Shown piece after piece: positions 17,102-26,480 of a stretch of 64,000 nt of DNA (position 1 is its first letter; every line of letters starts with the position of its first letter). Origin of the DNA: an uncultured Bacteroidia bacterium (lineage in GTDB: Bacteria > Bacteroidota > Bacteroidia > Bacteroidales > F082); the NCBI GenBank assembly GCA_902767725.1, contig CACXIM010000001.1, positions 15,443-79,442 of the forward strand. Reading direction: 5' to 3'. The notes beneath the pieces were generated by a model that had not been told where the DNA came from, searched no databases, and saw nothing but the letters and a program-made list of their open reading frames with translations. A program made the translations under genes and the position numbers.

Positions 17102-17833
17102 TCAGCCTACCAATTTCTTATTGTTCTCTATCAATTGTTCCAGCTGTTCCATGCATTTCTTATTCAAACGAATCTCAGGCAGGAAACGTTCAAAGTTGCT
17201 CAAACCATGCATGTCGGAACCCACATAGTCGTAAAAGCCCTCCTTGAGTAAAAAATGCGACTTTGCCACGGCATTACTACCGTAAGCACCAGCCAACGAC
17301 AAGAGATTCAGCTGGAACTTATAGTTTTTGTCTTTCCATCGGAAATAATTGTCCCTGTTGGCATATTCATACCGTTCAGGATGCGCAATGACAGGCTGAA
17401 ACTCGGCGCACATGATATCATAAATCATCTCCGTAATGCCATGCTCATACATCATATAGGAGGTCTCACACAACACATGGTTTCCGCCTTTGTCCAAAGT
17501 CAAAAAGCCCTCTTTGAAGTGATCCATAAAACAGGCATCCAACATATACTCGGCTGCGATATGCAACTCGATGTTGCATACCTTGGCAGCCTCTGCCTTA
17601 TAAGCCTCAAACTTAGCTACGATAATTTCTCTGTGATTGTCAGGATAATCCTTCATAAAGTGGGGAGTGAGCACCATTTTCTTGATACCACGCTCTTCAA
17701 GTTTCTTCAGGGCATGAAGCGACTTCTCTACCGTCGCAAAGCCATCGTCCACGCCTGGCAGGAGATGACAATGCACATCGCATGCGCCATGAAATAGATC
17801 TTCTGACAATCTGTGTTTTCCTATCCCAAACAT
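17102..17833 (-). CDS. PHP-family protein-tyrosine phosphatase (CpsB/YwqE-like)
   Basis: N-terminal DVHCHLLPGVDDG motif and ~243 aa length. It lies immediately downstream of the tyrosine autokinase gene. Confidence 0.85.
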   Translation of the reverse strand: MFGIGKHRLSEDLFHGACDVHCHLLPGVDDGFATVEKSLHALKKLEERGIKKMVLTPHFMKDYPDNHREIIVAKFEAYKAEAAKVCNIELHIAAEYMLDACFMDHFKEGFLTLDKGGNHVLCETSYMMYEHGITEMIYDIMCAEFQPVIAHPERYEYANRDNYFRWKDKNYKFQLNLLSLAGAYGSNAVAKSHFLLKEGFYDYVGSDMHGLSNFERFLPEIRLNKKCMEQLEQLIENNKKLVG

Positions 17834-17840
17834 AGTTCAA

Positions 17841-20357
17841 TTACTCTTTACCATCGTCAGATGAGGTATGATGGCTATGTGAATGATGATGGTGATGCTT
17901 CTTTGAGAAGATGCGTTGATACCACTTCTTCTTTTTCTTGCTTTCCTCCTCGTTGCCATAGCCGTAACCATAGCCATAGCCGTAACCGTAGCCGTAACCG
18001 TAGCCATAACCGTAGCCATAACCGTAGCCATAGTAGCCATAACCACGCTTCTTCTTACTCACGGAGTTCAGCACGACACAGAGGTTCGGGAAATAATCGT
18101 CCTTGTAGAACTTATCCACATCGAAGAGCAAGCGTTTATCGGTCTTACCGGCGCGAAGTACCATAATGGTGGTATCAGCCACACGTTTCACAATATCAGC
18201 ATCGGCCACCATGCCAACAGGAACATTATCCAAGAAGACGTATTCATAACGTCTGCGAAGCTCAGCGATAAGGTCTTCCAAACGGGTGCTCATCAGCAAC
18301 TCGGCTGGATTGGGCGGCACAGGACCCGAGAAAACGATATCAAGTCCCGACGATGTGGTATCGGAATGTATGATATCATCAATGGAATCCGTCTTCCCTG
18401 AGAGATAGTTGGACACACCCGCCCTGGTATTAACGCCAAACACCTTAAACAGGGTACCCTTACGAATATCCAAGTCGACGATGACCGTTTTTCTCTTGGC
18501 TAGTGCAAAACTCGTTGCCAAGTTAGTAGAGACGAAGGTCTTACCTGACGACACCATGAAAGAAGTAAACATGATGACATGGGCTCCGTTTTTACGGTCT
18601 TTCATATACTCGAGGCTCGATCGTATCAGGCGGAATGCCTCGGAGAGCGAGTCACGCCCGTTCTCCTTCACCATGATGGCATGGACGGGAATATCCTTTT
18701 CATAAGGCACATCGCCCAAGAAAGGCACGGTGGAACTCTTTTGGACATCCATACGATCATGGATAGTGGTGTCGAGGAGTTTCCTCAGCAACATGAATAG
18801 AGCAGGGACTGCCAAGCCTATTAATATGCCTATCAGCACCGACTTCTTCTCGTCGGGAGCCACAGGCTTTGAATTGGGATAGGCGTAGTCGATCACCTTC
18901 GAAGTAGCCTCCAACTGAGGACTCGTCAACAACAGCTCTTCACGCTTAGATAAAAGTTGCAGATAAAGCGTCTCCTTGATGTTCTGCATACGACCGACTT
19001 CGTTCAGTTCCAACTGCGCCGTAGGCACAGACTGGATTTGAGCGTTGGCCAGATTACGTTCGCGCTCCGCAGCATCAATACGGGTCTGGAGCCCTTGCAA
19101 AGTGCTCTCCAACATGGCCAAAATAGAGGAACGCAGTGTAACCTGGGATTCTTGAAGGTTCACCGCAACAGGGTTGTTGAGCGTTCCATCTGCTCTATAG
19201 CCTTCGAGCGTTGACTGATTCTCGTTGTATTTCTTAATGATAGCAGCCGCGTCATCGCTAAAACCTGTAGCACCGACAGGAATCACCTGACCTGGATTAT
19301 CCTGGATGAAATTGATCAGGAAACGGACATTGTCAGCTTGAGCTCGCAACTGCTTGGCTTCTTCGGTGGAGGCCGCGCTGCTGGCCACGTATGTCTGACC
19401 AAATGTCTTGGTATCAATCAGATTATGTGTGCGTTTGAAGTCCACAAAGACCTGCTCATAATCCTGAATGTCGTTCATCAAGTAATTGATACGGTCATTG
19501 ATGAATGCCTCGGAATAGTTGAGAACACGCTGCTGGTCGTCGATGGATTCCTGGTTATAGACATCAATCAATGTATTCAGTACATCGGCTGCACGTAAGG
19601 GAGAAGTGTCCTGAACCGATAGCCTTAAGATGCTATTCTTTTCATTATCACGAACCACTTTAATACGAGCGCGATAATATGAAGCCACCGAGGATACCGA
19701 GCGACGGATCACGTTGATAGGAGTATTCAAATAATCACCATAAATCCATGTAGGTGCCACTACCACCTTGCCACTAGGGATTCGCACCGTATCATTCAGC
19801 CTCACCTTCATCGAAGGAACATTAGACCCGATATCTTCCAAAATGACATAATCATTATCATAGGGGCGAACCGTAAACGACACGCCTGTCTGTTCATCCA
19901 TTTCCGGGAAGCTCACCTCCACGGGTGAGGATTTATACAAGTCTTTGTTGCGCTTGGCCACCTTGGTTTTATAGCGGTACATGGTGTTCAGATTCAGTTT
20001 TCTTACCATGTTCTCCATATTCGTCTGGGATTTCAGCACCAGCATCTCATTGTTGACCGAACTGATTACCAGCCCTTGGCCCATGATGGAATTCATGGTC
20101 GTAGAACCACGCAAACTTTCCGAGCCCCCGCTGGCTCCTGTCTTGATCATTACAGTAGCCGAGCTGGCATATATCCTCTCCTCGTTCCTGACCTGGTAAT
20201 AGGCATACGCGCCACCAATGAGAGCACAAAGCAAGAACCAATGCAGATTCCTCAAAACAAGGTAAACTAAATCTTTAAACTTAAAACCGCTATTGGTGTC
20301 ATCGTCAAAAAAGGCGGCCTGATTGGCAGGTTTTTTGTCTATATTATTGTTATCCAT
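17841..20357 (-). CDS. wzc: Polysaccharide co-polymerase / BY-kinase (Wzc/GumC-like tyrosine autokinase) with (GY)n tail
   Basis: Start set to ATG 20355-20357; the ORF-track start at 20375 is TTG. Wzz-like periplasmic region flanked by two TM helices. Cytoplasmic P-loop kinase domain (SFMVSSGKTFVSTNLA). C-terminal Tyr cluster GYGYYGYGY..., then a Lys-rich and His-rich tail. Confidence 0.9.
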   Translation of the reverse strand: MDNNNIDKKPANQAAFFDDDTNSGFKFKDLVYLVLRNLHWFLLCALIGGAYAYYQVRNEERIYASSATVMIKTGASGGSESLRGSTTMNSIMGQGLVISSVNNEMLVLKSQTNMENMVRKLNLNTMYRYKTKVAKRNKDLYKSSPVEVSFPEMDEQTGVSFTVRPYDNDYVILEDIGSNVPSMKVRLNDTVRIPSGKVVVAPTWIYGDYLNTPINVIRRSVSSVASYYRARIKVVRDNEKNSILRLSVQDTSPLRAADVLNTLIDVYNQESIDDQQRVLNYSEAFINDRINYLMNDIQDYEQVFVDFKRTHNLIDTKTFGQTYVASSAASTEEAKQLRAQADNVRFLINFIQDNPGQVIPVGATGFSDDAAAIIKKYNENQSTLEGYRADGTLNNPVAVNLQESQVTLRSSILAMLESTLQGLQTRIDAAERERNLANAQIQSVPTAQLELNEVGRMQNIKETLYLQLLSKREELLLTSPQLEATSKVIDYAYPNSKPVAPDEKKSVLIGILIGLAVPALFMLLRKLLDTTIHDRMDVQKSSTVPFLGDVPYEKDIPVHAIMVKENGRDSLSEAFRLIRSSLEYMKDRKNGAHVIMFTSFMVSSGKTFVSTNLATSFALAKRKTVIVDLDIRKGTLFKVFGVNTRAGVSNYLSGKTDSIDDIIHSDTTSSGLDIVFSGPVPPNPAELLMSTRLEDLIAELRRRYEYVFLDNVPVGMVADADIVKRVADTTIMVLRAGKTDKRLLFDVDKFYKDDYFPNLCVVLNSVSKKKRGYGYYGYGYGYGYGYGYGYGYGYGYGYGYGNEEESKKKKKWYQRIFSKKHHHHHSHSHHTSSDDGKE
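17955..18044 (-). repeat. Imperfect 6/12-nt tandem repeat encoding (Gly-Tyr)n
   Basis: 30 consecutive codons drawn only from GGC/GGT and TAT/TAC (plus-strand units gccata/gccgta/accgta). They encode 15 Tyr and 15 Gly. Confidence 0.95.
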
Positions 20358-20388
20358 GACTTTACTAGAGTTCAAAACCTATTATTCT

Positions 20389-21174
20389 TTATTCATATTC
20401 TTTTTTTATGCTCTTGTATAACAAATACACTGAGACCAGCGAGGTTATACCAGAAAGAATCCATTGCCAATTGGAATAGCTCTCTTGGAGGAATCGACGG
20501 GTCCCAACTTCGGTAAAGATGATGTCGTTCTGCTGCAGCAGGAAAAAATCATCCTTAAAAATATCCGTGGAACGCGGGTCCAGATAATGGATGACCATTT
20601 TCCCATTCACCTCGCGCATCACGCCGATACGATCACGACGGGTATAAATATCCAGACCGCCAGCCATGGCCAATGCTTCCAAGAAGGTGCAACGCTCCTC
20701 AGTGATATTCAGAACAGTACCCGTCTCAGTACCAAGAACAAACACCTTGAAATTCAAGAAACGAACCATGACATTGGGGTTGCTCAAATAGCCGTTGGAT
20801 TTCAGTTGTTCAGCAATCATATCTTGCAATTGTAATCGCGTCAGACCCGCCACATGCAATTCACCCAACACAGGGAACTCAATATTGCCGTTCACATCCA
20901 CCAGATAGCCCATACTATTCTGCTGATAACTCGTATTTCCAACCATACCAAACACATTGAAAGGCTTGACCAATTCTTCATTTTTGCCATCACTGAGGAC
21001 ATAAATGCGCAATTCATCGTAGGGAGAAATCGTGGCTTCAAAACGATTGTTCAACGGGACACCGTATGTAGGCATGTCACTTAAGTAACGTACTTTCTTA
21101 GAAGTGACACAGGATGTTGACATCATGCCCAACAAAACAAAGGACAATAGCAATAATACTCTAGACTTTTTCAT
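20389..21174 (-). CDS. wza: Polysaccharide export outer-membrane protein (Wza-like, Poly_export + SLBB)
   Basis: Lipoprotein-type signal (MMSTSCV). Poly_export-like segment (YDELRIYV...GYLVDVNGNIEFPVLGELHVAGLTRLQLQ), SLBB-like segment, and a C-terminal hydrophobic helix. Confidence 0.85.
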   Translation of the reverse strand: MKKSRVLLLLSFVLLGMMSTSCVTSKKVRYLSDMPTYGVPLNNRFEATISPYDELRIYVLSDGKNEELVKPFNVFGMVGNTSYQQNSMGYLVDVNGNIEFPVLGELHVAGLTRLQLQDMIAEQLKSNGYLSNPNVMVRFLNFKVFVLGTETGTVLNITEERCTFLEALAMAGGLDIYTRRDRIGVMREVNGKMVIHYLDPRSTDIFKDDFFLLQQNDIIFTEVGTRRFLQESYSNWQWILSGITSLVSVYLLYKSIKKEYE

Positions 21175-21200
21175 ATTTGGCCTATCTTAGTTAGAATCTG

Positions 21201-21208
21201 CAAAAATA
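21201..21208 (-). promoter_or_regulatory. Candidate internal -7 box (TATTTTTG) for wza-wzc-phosphatase
   Basis: Minus-strand TATTTTTG equals TAnnTTTG. It lies 26 nt upstream of the wza ATG (21174), inside the only sizeable gap (77 nt) in this part of the locus. Confidence 0.45.
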
Positions 21209-21251
21209 CAAATTATTCCGAAAAATGGATGGCTTAATTGACACAAAATGT

Positions 21252-22058
21252 TTAACTTTTCCAATAGGATTCAACCAACTTTCGATATATTCTGGCGACA
21301 CCTTTGTTGTTTTTTGCCAACAATTTTAGATTATTTCTCAACAACTCCCTGAAATGCAACCAGTTCCATTGAAAAAAACTATCCGTCCACAAGGTATGGG
21401 CAAGAAATAGAGCCTTTTCTGGGAATTCACCCTTTTGGATGCAACTCACAATTTCTTGTGTGGAATGGAATCTCAGTTCAAACCCAGTTTCAACAATATC
21501 ACGTACAGCATATTTACCCCCGTCCCATGCATAACCCGTATCAGTAAGGTAGAAAACCTGATTGAAATCTACCGAAAGATAAGGTTCTCCCACTAAAGCA
21601 TAGTCAGCGAGCTGATGGCTCTTCCATAACTGCCGATTGTCATATTTCGAGGTTGAGCTGCCATGCATACACACGGATCTGACAGGATAAAACTCACGAA
21701 AATAGGCAAGATGTTTCTCAAACAAGGCTATAGCTTTTATTTCATCACCCTCTGTTAAGGACAAATCCTCATAATGATACCCCACTTCGTGACCGAGTTC
21801 CACAATCTGCCGAATTACTTCAGGCACATTGCTCTGCTTTACGATGCGAAAAAAATATGTGGAACGCACTCCACGATTGTGTTCCAATTGTGCCATTTTC
21901 AAGGCATTCCAAGCTAACTCATCCACATCATGCCGCAACACTACCGTCTTGCCTTGTATGGGAGACACAATGAAATCCTCGAAAGTTTGGAAAGCATACC
22001 CCGCTTCCTGTAATGCGACAATCAGGGACTTGTAAGACTTTAATGTAAAATCACGCAT
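21252..22058 (-). CDS. Polysaccharide-deacetylase-like (NodB-fold-related) protein
   Basis: VVLRHDVDE...RSTYFF...GHEVGYHYE resembles the divergent carbohydrate-esterase/deacetylase families found in capsule loci. The assignment is by motif only. Confidence 0.5.
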   Translation of the reverse strand: MRDFTLKSYKSLIVALQEAGYAFQTFEDFIVSPIQGKTVVLRHDVDELAWNALKMAQLEHNRGVRSTYFFRIVKQSNVPEVIRQIVELGHEVGYHYEDLSLTEGDEIKAIALFEKHLAYFREFYPVRSVCMHGSSTSKYDNRQLWKSHQLADYALVGEPYLSVDFNQVFYLTDTGYAWDGGKYAVRDIVETGFELRFHSTQEIVSCIQKGEFPEKALFLAHTLWTDSFFQWNWLHFRELLRNNLKLLAKNNKGVARIYRKLVESYWKS

Positions 22059-22061
22059 TCC

Positions 22062-22589
22062 TTATTCATTATCGTAAGGGTCAAGAAGGGGATTCAAATC
22101 CTTCACCACCTTTGCAGGGATACCCGCCACCAATACGCGCGGAGGCACATCTTTCGTCACTACAGAACCCGTTGCCACTACTGCCTCATCTCCAATGGTA
22201 ACTCCAGGAATGATGGTAACATTAGGCATAATCCAAACGCCCTTGCCTATGGTCGTTTTTTTTATGGTACGAGGATAGATGTTTTTCAGGATTGTGTCCG
22301 AAGGAATGTTGGCATGTGCCGTAATGATGGCACGGTCACCAATCGACGAATAGTCACCGATACTAATCTGGTCAGTGAACACTCGGTCAAAAATCACTTC
22401 ATGGCCAATATACACTCCCTTGCCAATTCTCACACCACGCCAACGTTGCATGACCGTCCTCCAAGATTTGATCGGCGTGATGAAAATCAATTTGTCAAGA
22501 AAGAATCGCCAAAGAAATTTGATGGCGTACCAAATCTTTCCAAAAAAGCTGTCCAAACCATAAAACTGCAGTACTTCTTTTGCTGGCAT
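22062..22589 (-). CDS. Hexapeptide-repeat (LbH) O-acetyl/acyltransferase, WcaF/maltose-acetyltransferase-like
   Basis: The C-terminal half is made of [LIV]-G-x4 hexapeptide repeats (IGDYSSIGDRAIITAHANI...TIGKGVWIMPNVTIIPGVTIGDEAVVATGSVV). Confidence 0.8.
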   Translation of the reverse strand: MPAKEVLQFYGLDSFFGKIWYAIKFLWRFFLDKLIFITPIKSWRTVMQRWRGVRIGKGVYIGHEVIFDRVFTDQISIGDYSSIGDRAIITAHANIPSDTILKNIYPRTIKKTTIGKGVWIMPNVTIIPGVTIGDEAVVATGSVVTKDVPPRVLVAGIPAKVVKDLNPLLDPYDNE

Positions 22590-22591
22590 AA

Positions 22592-23515
22592 TTATTCCGA
22601 TTTACGTTGATAAAGCTCTTTGCAAGTAATAAACTCAAATGATTTCTTATGAAAAAACGTCAATTCCTTCTCATATATAGGCAAAGCCTTCTCGCCTAAG
22701 TTTTTTACCTTGAGCTTATGGCGCAACACATCGCCTAAAAGATAAGAAACATAGTTGTTGGCGCGACGTTCGATCTTGCCTCCCTCCCAGTCCTCATCGA
22801 TAAACTCATTGGGATGGGTCAGAAACACAAACTGACGTCCGTTGCAGCAGGTCTCCCAATACAAAATATGTCGGGTCATTCTATTCAAACCTGGCGCAAT
22901 GCGCATAAAAGTACCGATATAGGGGAAGCCCATGGCAGAGATAGGCACCTCGAGCACTTGATAATCGCCTTTGTTGAAGATATTGTCTTCCTTGACAAAA
23001 TAGGCTTTCCTTGGTGCCATAATCCAATGAAGTTTCTTCATGGCACCGAAGGAAAACATCATATCGAGGCGCTGCGACGAGACCGAGCTATCGACTTTAA
23101 AGCCCGCTTCTTTCATTATCATGGGAAAGCGTTCGTCCACTCGAGCTGCAGGTGCCCTAAATGAGATTACTTCGTCCCCTATGATATCCTCTAAAATCTG
23201 TTTGGATTGCCGCAAATGATCCAACTGTTGCTCCGGAGTCAACACATCGAAAGCTTGGCTAACCTCATGCGTTAAACCATGTGAGCCTACTTCATGGCCT
23301 CTTTCATGCGCCATCTTCACTACCTCGGGATACAACTTCGCGATATGGCCCGTATAGAAAAATGTGGCTTTCACACCATACTTGTCATACAAGTCAAGTA
23401 AACGGGGCATGCCTTGATTCAGGACATACTCGCCCGTCTTGTCACGCAATTTATGGTTCAATATCGATGTGGTTTCCACATCGTTGGTAATCAAACAGAT
23501 CCTATCCTTTGACAT
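22592..23515 (-). CDS. Polysaccharide deacetylase family protein (NodB homology)
   Basis: Start moved to ATG 23513-23515 (MSKDRICLITNDVETTS), 3 nt after the wecB stop. The ORF-track N-terminal extension would overlap wecB. Motifs NDVE, ATFFYTG and HEVGSHGLTHE. Confidence 0.7.
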   Translation of the reverse strand: MSKDRICLITNDVETTSILNHKLRDKTGEYVLNQGMPRLLDLYDKYGVKATFFYTGHIAKLYPEVVKMAHERGHEVGSHGLTHEVSQAFDVLTPEQQLDHLRQSKQILEDIIGDEVISFRAPAARVDERFPMIMKEAGFKVDSSVSSQRLDMMFSFGAMKKLHWIMAPRKAYFVKEDNIFNKGDYQVLEVPISAMGFPYIGTFMRIAPGLNRMTRHILYWETCCNGRQFVFLTHPNEFIDEDWEGGKIERRANNYVSYLLGDVLRHKLKVKNLGEKALPIYEKELTFFHKKSFEFITCKELYQRKSE

Positions 23516-23517
23516 AC

Positions 23518-24603
23518 TTAAAGTGCAATTAACACCTCCACAATTCTCTCCGCCGCATGACCGTCCCAAAGCGGAGGAATGCCGCCTTTCTTCCATTGTC
23601 CGGCAAAAAGCTTGTCCAGAGCCGGCTTGATGTTGTCGGGATTCGTACCAATCAGCTCATTCGTACCAATAGTGCAGGTCTCGGGACGTTCCGTATTGTC
23701 GCGCAAGGTAATGCATGGCACGCCCATCACAGTCGTCTCCTCAGTAATGCCGCCGCTGTCAGTAACCACTGCCTTGGCACGCTCCACCAAGTAGTTGAAT
23801 TCCAAATAGCCCAAAGGCTCCACAATATGAAGATTATCTGCCTTAATCCCCAACTCATGAAATATTTTTGCCGTGCGTGGATGGATGGGAAACACAATAG
23901 GCAAACCATGAACATTGCTGACAATCTCATACATCAACCGTTTCAGTTTTTCTGCCTCATCCACATTGGCGGGACGGTGCATGGTCAAAGCCAGGTATTG
24001 CTGTGGTTGCAAGTTCAAAGCATCATACACGGCAGGCTTGACAAATCTCAGGCGATTCGCCAGCAAGGTGTCAATCATCACGTTGCCAACAAAGAAAAGG
24101 TGCTTCTCTTCCACCCCAAAACGGCGAAGGTTTGCATTGGCCACCTCGGAGGTCGTGAAAAAATAGTCCGCCAGACTGTCGGTCACCATGCGGTTGATCT
24201 CCTCAGGCATGGTCAAGTCCCAAGAGCGGATGCCCGCTTCAACGTGAGCCACCTTGATACACAGTTTCTTGGCCACGATGGAACAAGCCATAGTAGAAGT
24301 CACATCACCGACCACGAGAACAAGATCTGTTGGATGCTCCATCAAGTCTTTTTCGAAAGCCACCATGATGGCGGCAGTCTGCTCTGCCTGCGTGCCGCCG
24401 CCACACCCCAAGTTGACATCGGGTTTCGGGATGTTGAGTTCCTCAAAGAAGGTCTCGCTCATCTGATGGTCGTAGTGCTGACCCGTGTGGACGAGGCGGT
24501 AATGGATGTCTTTTCCCTCCTGCTCCGCCTTTTGAATGGCATGAATCAAGGGGGCGATCTTCATGAAATTGGGGCGTGCGCCCGCAATCAGCGTTACTTT
24601 CAT
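23518..24603 (-). CDS. wecB: UDP-N-acetylglucosamine 2-epimerase, non-hydrolysing (WecB/WbpI family)
   Basis: MKVTLIAGARPNFMKIAPLIHAI...HTGQHYD..., 361 aa, full-length epimerase_2 pattern. ATGA overlap with the upstream gene stop at 24600-24603. Confidence 0.9.
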   Translation of the reverse strand: MKVTLIAGARPNFMKIAPLIHAIQKAEQEGKDIHYRLVHTGQHYDHQMSETFFEELNIPKPDVNLGCGGGTQAEQTAAIMVAFEKDLMEHPTDLVLVVGDVTSTMACSIVAKKLCIKVAHVEAGIRSWDLTMPEEINRMVTDSLADYFFTTSEVANANLRRFGVEEKHLFFVGNVMIDTLLANRLRFVKPAVYDALNLQPQQYLALTMHRPANVDEAEKLKRLMYEIVSNVHGLPIVFPIHPRTAKIFHELGIKADNLHIVEPLGYLEFNYLVERAKAVVTDSGGITEETTVMGVPCITLRDNTERPETCTIGTNELIGTNPDNIKPALDKLFAGQWKKGGIPPLWDGHAAERIVEVLIAL

Positions 24604-26462
24604 TTCCTCTCTTTATAGACTTTGTTATATACCTTTTTCAATGCTCGATACAAACTGCCCTCGGGTTTGAAGACTCTCTTCACCCCCTTACGAATCTTTA
24701 ACAACAAATTGTCAAATTGGGCCATGGTCGAAGAATACGATTCGATATCCTGCCCTGTCACAGAACGGATGACGCTAATCATTTGTTGAGCCAACTCATA
24801 ATAGACCCGAGTAGAGAAGTGATTGATATCACCTGCAAAATCCGACTTGTCATGCACACAATCGTCAATCTCCACAAAACGAACCCGTTCATGGTCTTTC
24901 GAAAAGCCTTTCACGGCTTCGTTCAACCTCTGATGCGACAACCGGGCTTCCTCATCTTCATCGTACACTTTAGTCGCACCTAAGATTAAACATAAATGTG
25001 ACTTCTCAGGCAACCATTGCAAACATTTCTCCAAAAAGCCGACATACATTTCGGGGGTGGTTCTGCCGACACATTCATATTTATCTGAAAAAGCGCGCAA
25101 ATAATCCATGGTAAACTGGTTCCCACCCGTATAAATAGTACTGTCGCAATAGCCCTGCCAATTATCCGGGTCAGTCAGATCTTCGCCACCAAAGACAACC
25201 CGCAATTGCGTGCCTTTCTTTTGGTATATATAGTAGCTCGATTCTATCAAAGTACTAAGGAAAATCACATCATATCCTTTGGTGAAGAAACCACCCGAAA
25301 GCATGTTTGGATCAACGAAGATGCAATCCCCAACCATCTGCCGCTTATCCTCATCCGAATAAGTATGCAGGCCTTCGATATGTACAGAATGGTTGTACGC
25401 ATCGATGGTTTGCCCTTCAGCATTGCTGACATAGGTGAACTCAGTATCAAATAAACCCCCACTCTTGATGTACATCTGCGAATGGGACAAATCACAAGGG
25501 CCTTTCATCAAGATGCTACACGTCAAAACCTCATCTGTGAGCTCTTGAGTCTCAGCTTGGGTACCATCATCATGATTAATCCAACCAGGGCATTCCATCT
25601 TGTTCAGCTTGGTACGCACCTCACCCACAACTTCAAGTTCGGGGAATCCCAATTGTGCATACACCCATTGTTCAATTTTCTGCCCCATGGTCCGGCATGA
25701 GAAAAAGAAATGCTCCAACCGCTGACCTAACTTGGCATAAAAACCAACAATACCATAATCGCCGAAACGGTCACTCACGGTCACATAGCCACAATCATAT
25801 TTTGGGTCTTTCAGTATCAACTCCAATTCCTCTATGCCAATTCGTTTTTTTGTGTAATTCAACTGATTGCTCCTCATCAAAAGCTCATGAATGCGTTGAA
25901 TCTGCGCCAAGCAATCATAATGCATGACAACTCGGATATGGCTATCGTACAAGAAATCCTCACTGCTTGCATAGGACTTGGAAGCGGTGTCTTTTTCCTC
26001 CAATATCTTATATTGCTTAAGGCGCTTGTGCTGCATATCTTTCTTTTCTGTAACACCTACCTGTTCAACAAGGTCCTTGATACATTCAGGACCGCCCGTT
26101 TGGATCTCAGGGAGGAAATGTTTGGCTTCGCCCAGATTCGAAGGATTATCGTCCAAGAACAAAACATTGACAGGACGAAGCGCCATCTTATCTATCTTAT
26201 CCACAAGCTGAGGCCCTTTACTGTTCCAATTAATCGACGGAAACACGAAATAATCCCATAGACCCAAATCTTGCAACCGCTTTTGGGTGGGTTCAAAATC
26301 GTTTTTTGAACTAATGGAATTGATGATGCCGCAATCGGTCAAATCCTTAACCAACTGAGCATTTTCATCGGGCACTTCCACATTCTCTTCGGAAAGCGTA
26401 CCTTTCCAAAAAGTTTCATCCAAATCCCATACGACAAGTTTTATAGTCTTAAGGTCTATCAT
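24600..26462 (-). CDS. FkbH-like / HAD-IIIC family protein (HAD phosphatase-like N-domain + GNAT-like middle + extra C-terminal domain)
   Basis: HAD motif I in LVVWDLDETFWKGTL, followed by SISSKND and FLDDNPSN motifs typical of FkbH-like proteins. 620 aa. Confidence 0.7.
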   Translation of the reverse strand: MIDLKTIKLVVWDLDETFWKGTLSEENVEVPDENAQLVKDLTDCGIINSISSKNDFEPTQKRLQDLGLWDYFVFPSINWNSKGPQLVDKIDKMALRPVNVLFLDDNPSNLGEAKHFLPEIQTGGPECIKDLVEQVGVTEKKDMQHKRLKQYKILEEKDTASKSYASSEDFLYDSHIRVVMHYDCLAQIQRIHELLMRSNQLNYTKKRIGIEELELILKDPKYDCGYVTVSDRFGDYGIVGFYAKLGQRLEHFFFSCRTMGQKIEQWVYAQLGFPELEVVGEVRTKLNKMECPGWINHDDGTQAETQELTDEVLTCSILMKGPCDLSHSQMYIKSGGLFDTEFTYVSNAEGQTIDAYNHSVHIEGLHTYSDEDKRQMVGDCIFVDPNMLSGGFFTKGYDVIFLSTLIESSYYIYQKKGTQLRVVFGGEDLTDPDNWQGYCDSTIYTGGNQFTMDYLRAFSDKYECVGRTTPEMYVGFLEKCLQWLPEKSHLCLILGATKVYDEDEEARLSHQRLNEAVKGFSKDHERVRFVEIDDCVHDKSDFAGDINHFSTRVYYELAQQMISVIRSVTGQDIESYSSTMAQFDNLLLKIRKGVKRVFKPEGSLYRALKKVYNKVYKERK

Positions 26463-26480
26463 TCCACTATCCTTTTTAAA

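Noticed and set aside
17813-18166. ORFs 17813-18166 (+), 17837-18046 (-) and 17916-18401 (+), which encode Ser/His/Asn/Arg, Met/Ala/Thr/Val or Ala/Ile/Thr/Val repeat peptides.
   Set aside because: They are alternative-frame readings of the (GGY TAY)n DNA repeat at the 3' end of wzc. The Gly-Tyr frame continues a full-length BY-kinase and is the real one.
23557-24618. Very long antisense ORFs. A 353-aa ORF lies opposite wecB. Similar cases: 2019-2882 opposite the SPFH gene; 3411-4337 and 5466-6320 opposite the fusion gene; 8300-9025 opposite GH57; 9883-10386 opposite GT4; 45265-45978 and 46355-46987 opposite the transferase/aminotransferase; 56384-57256 opposite the MBL hydrolase.
   Set aside because: Each is codon-aligned with the sense gene, because the coordinate differences are multiples of 3. 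Antisense stops therefore arise only from sense TTA, CTA or TCA codons, which these genes avoid. The translated products are low-complexity (His/Val/Leu/Arg/Asp-rich) with no motifs, whereas the sense strands carry clear family signatures.
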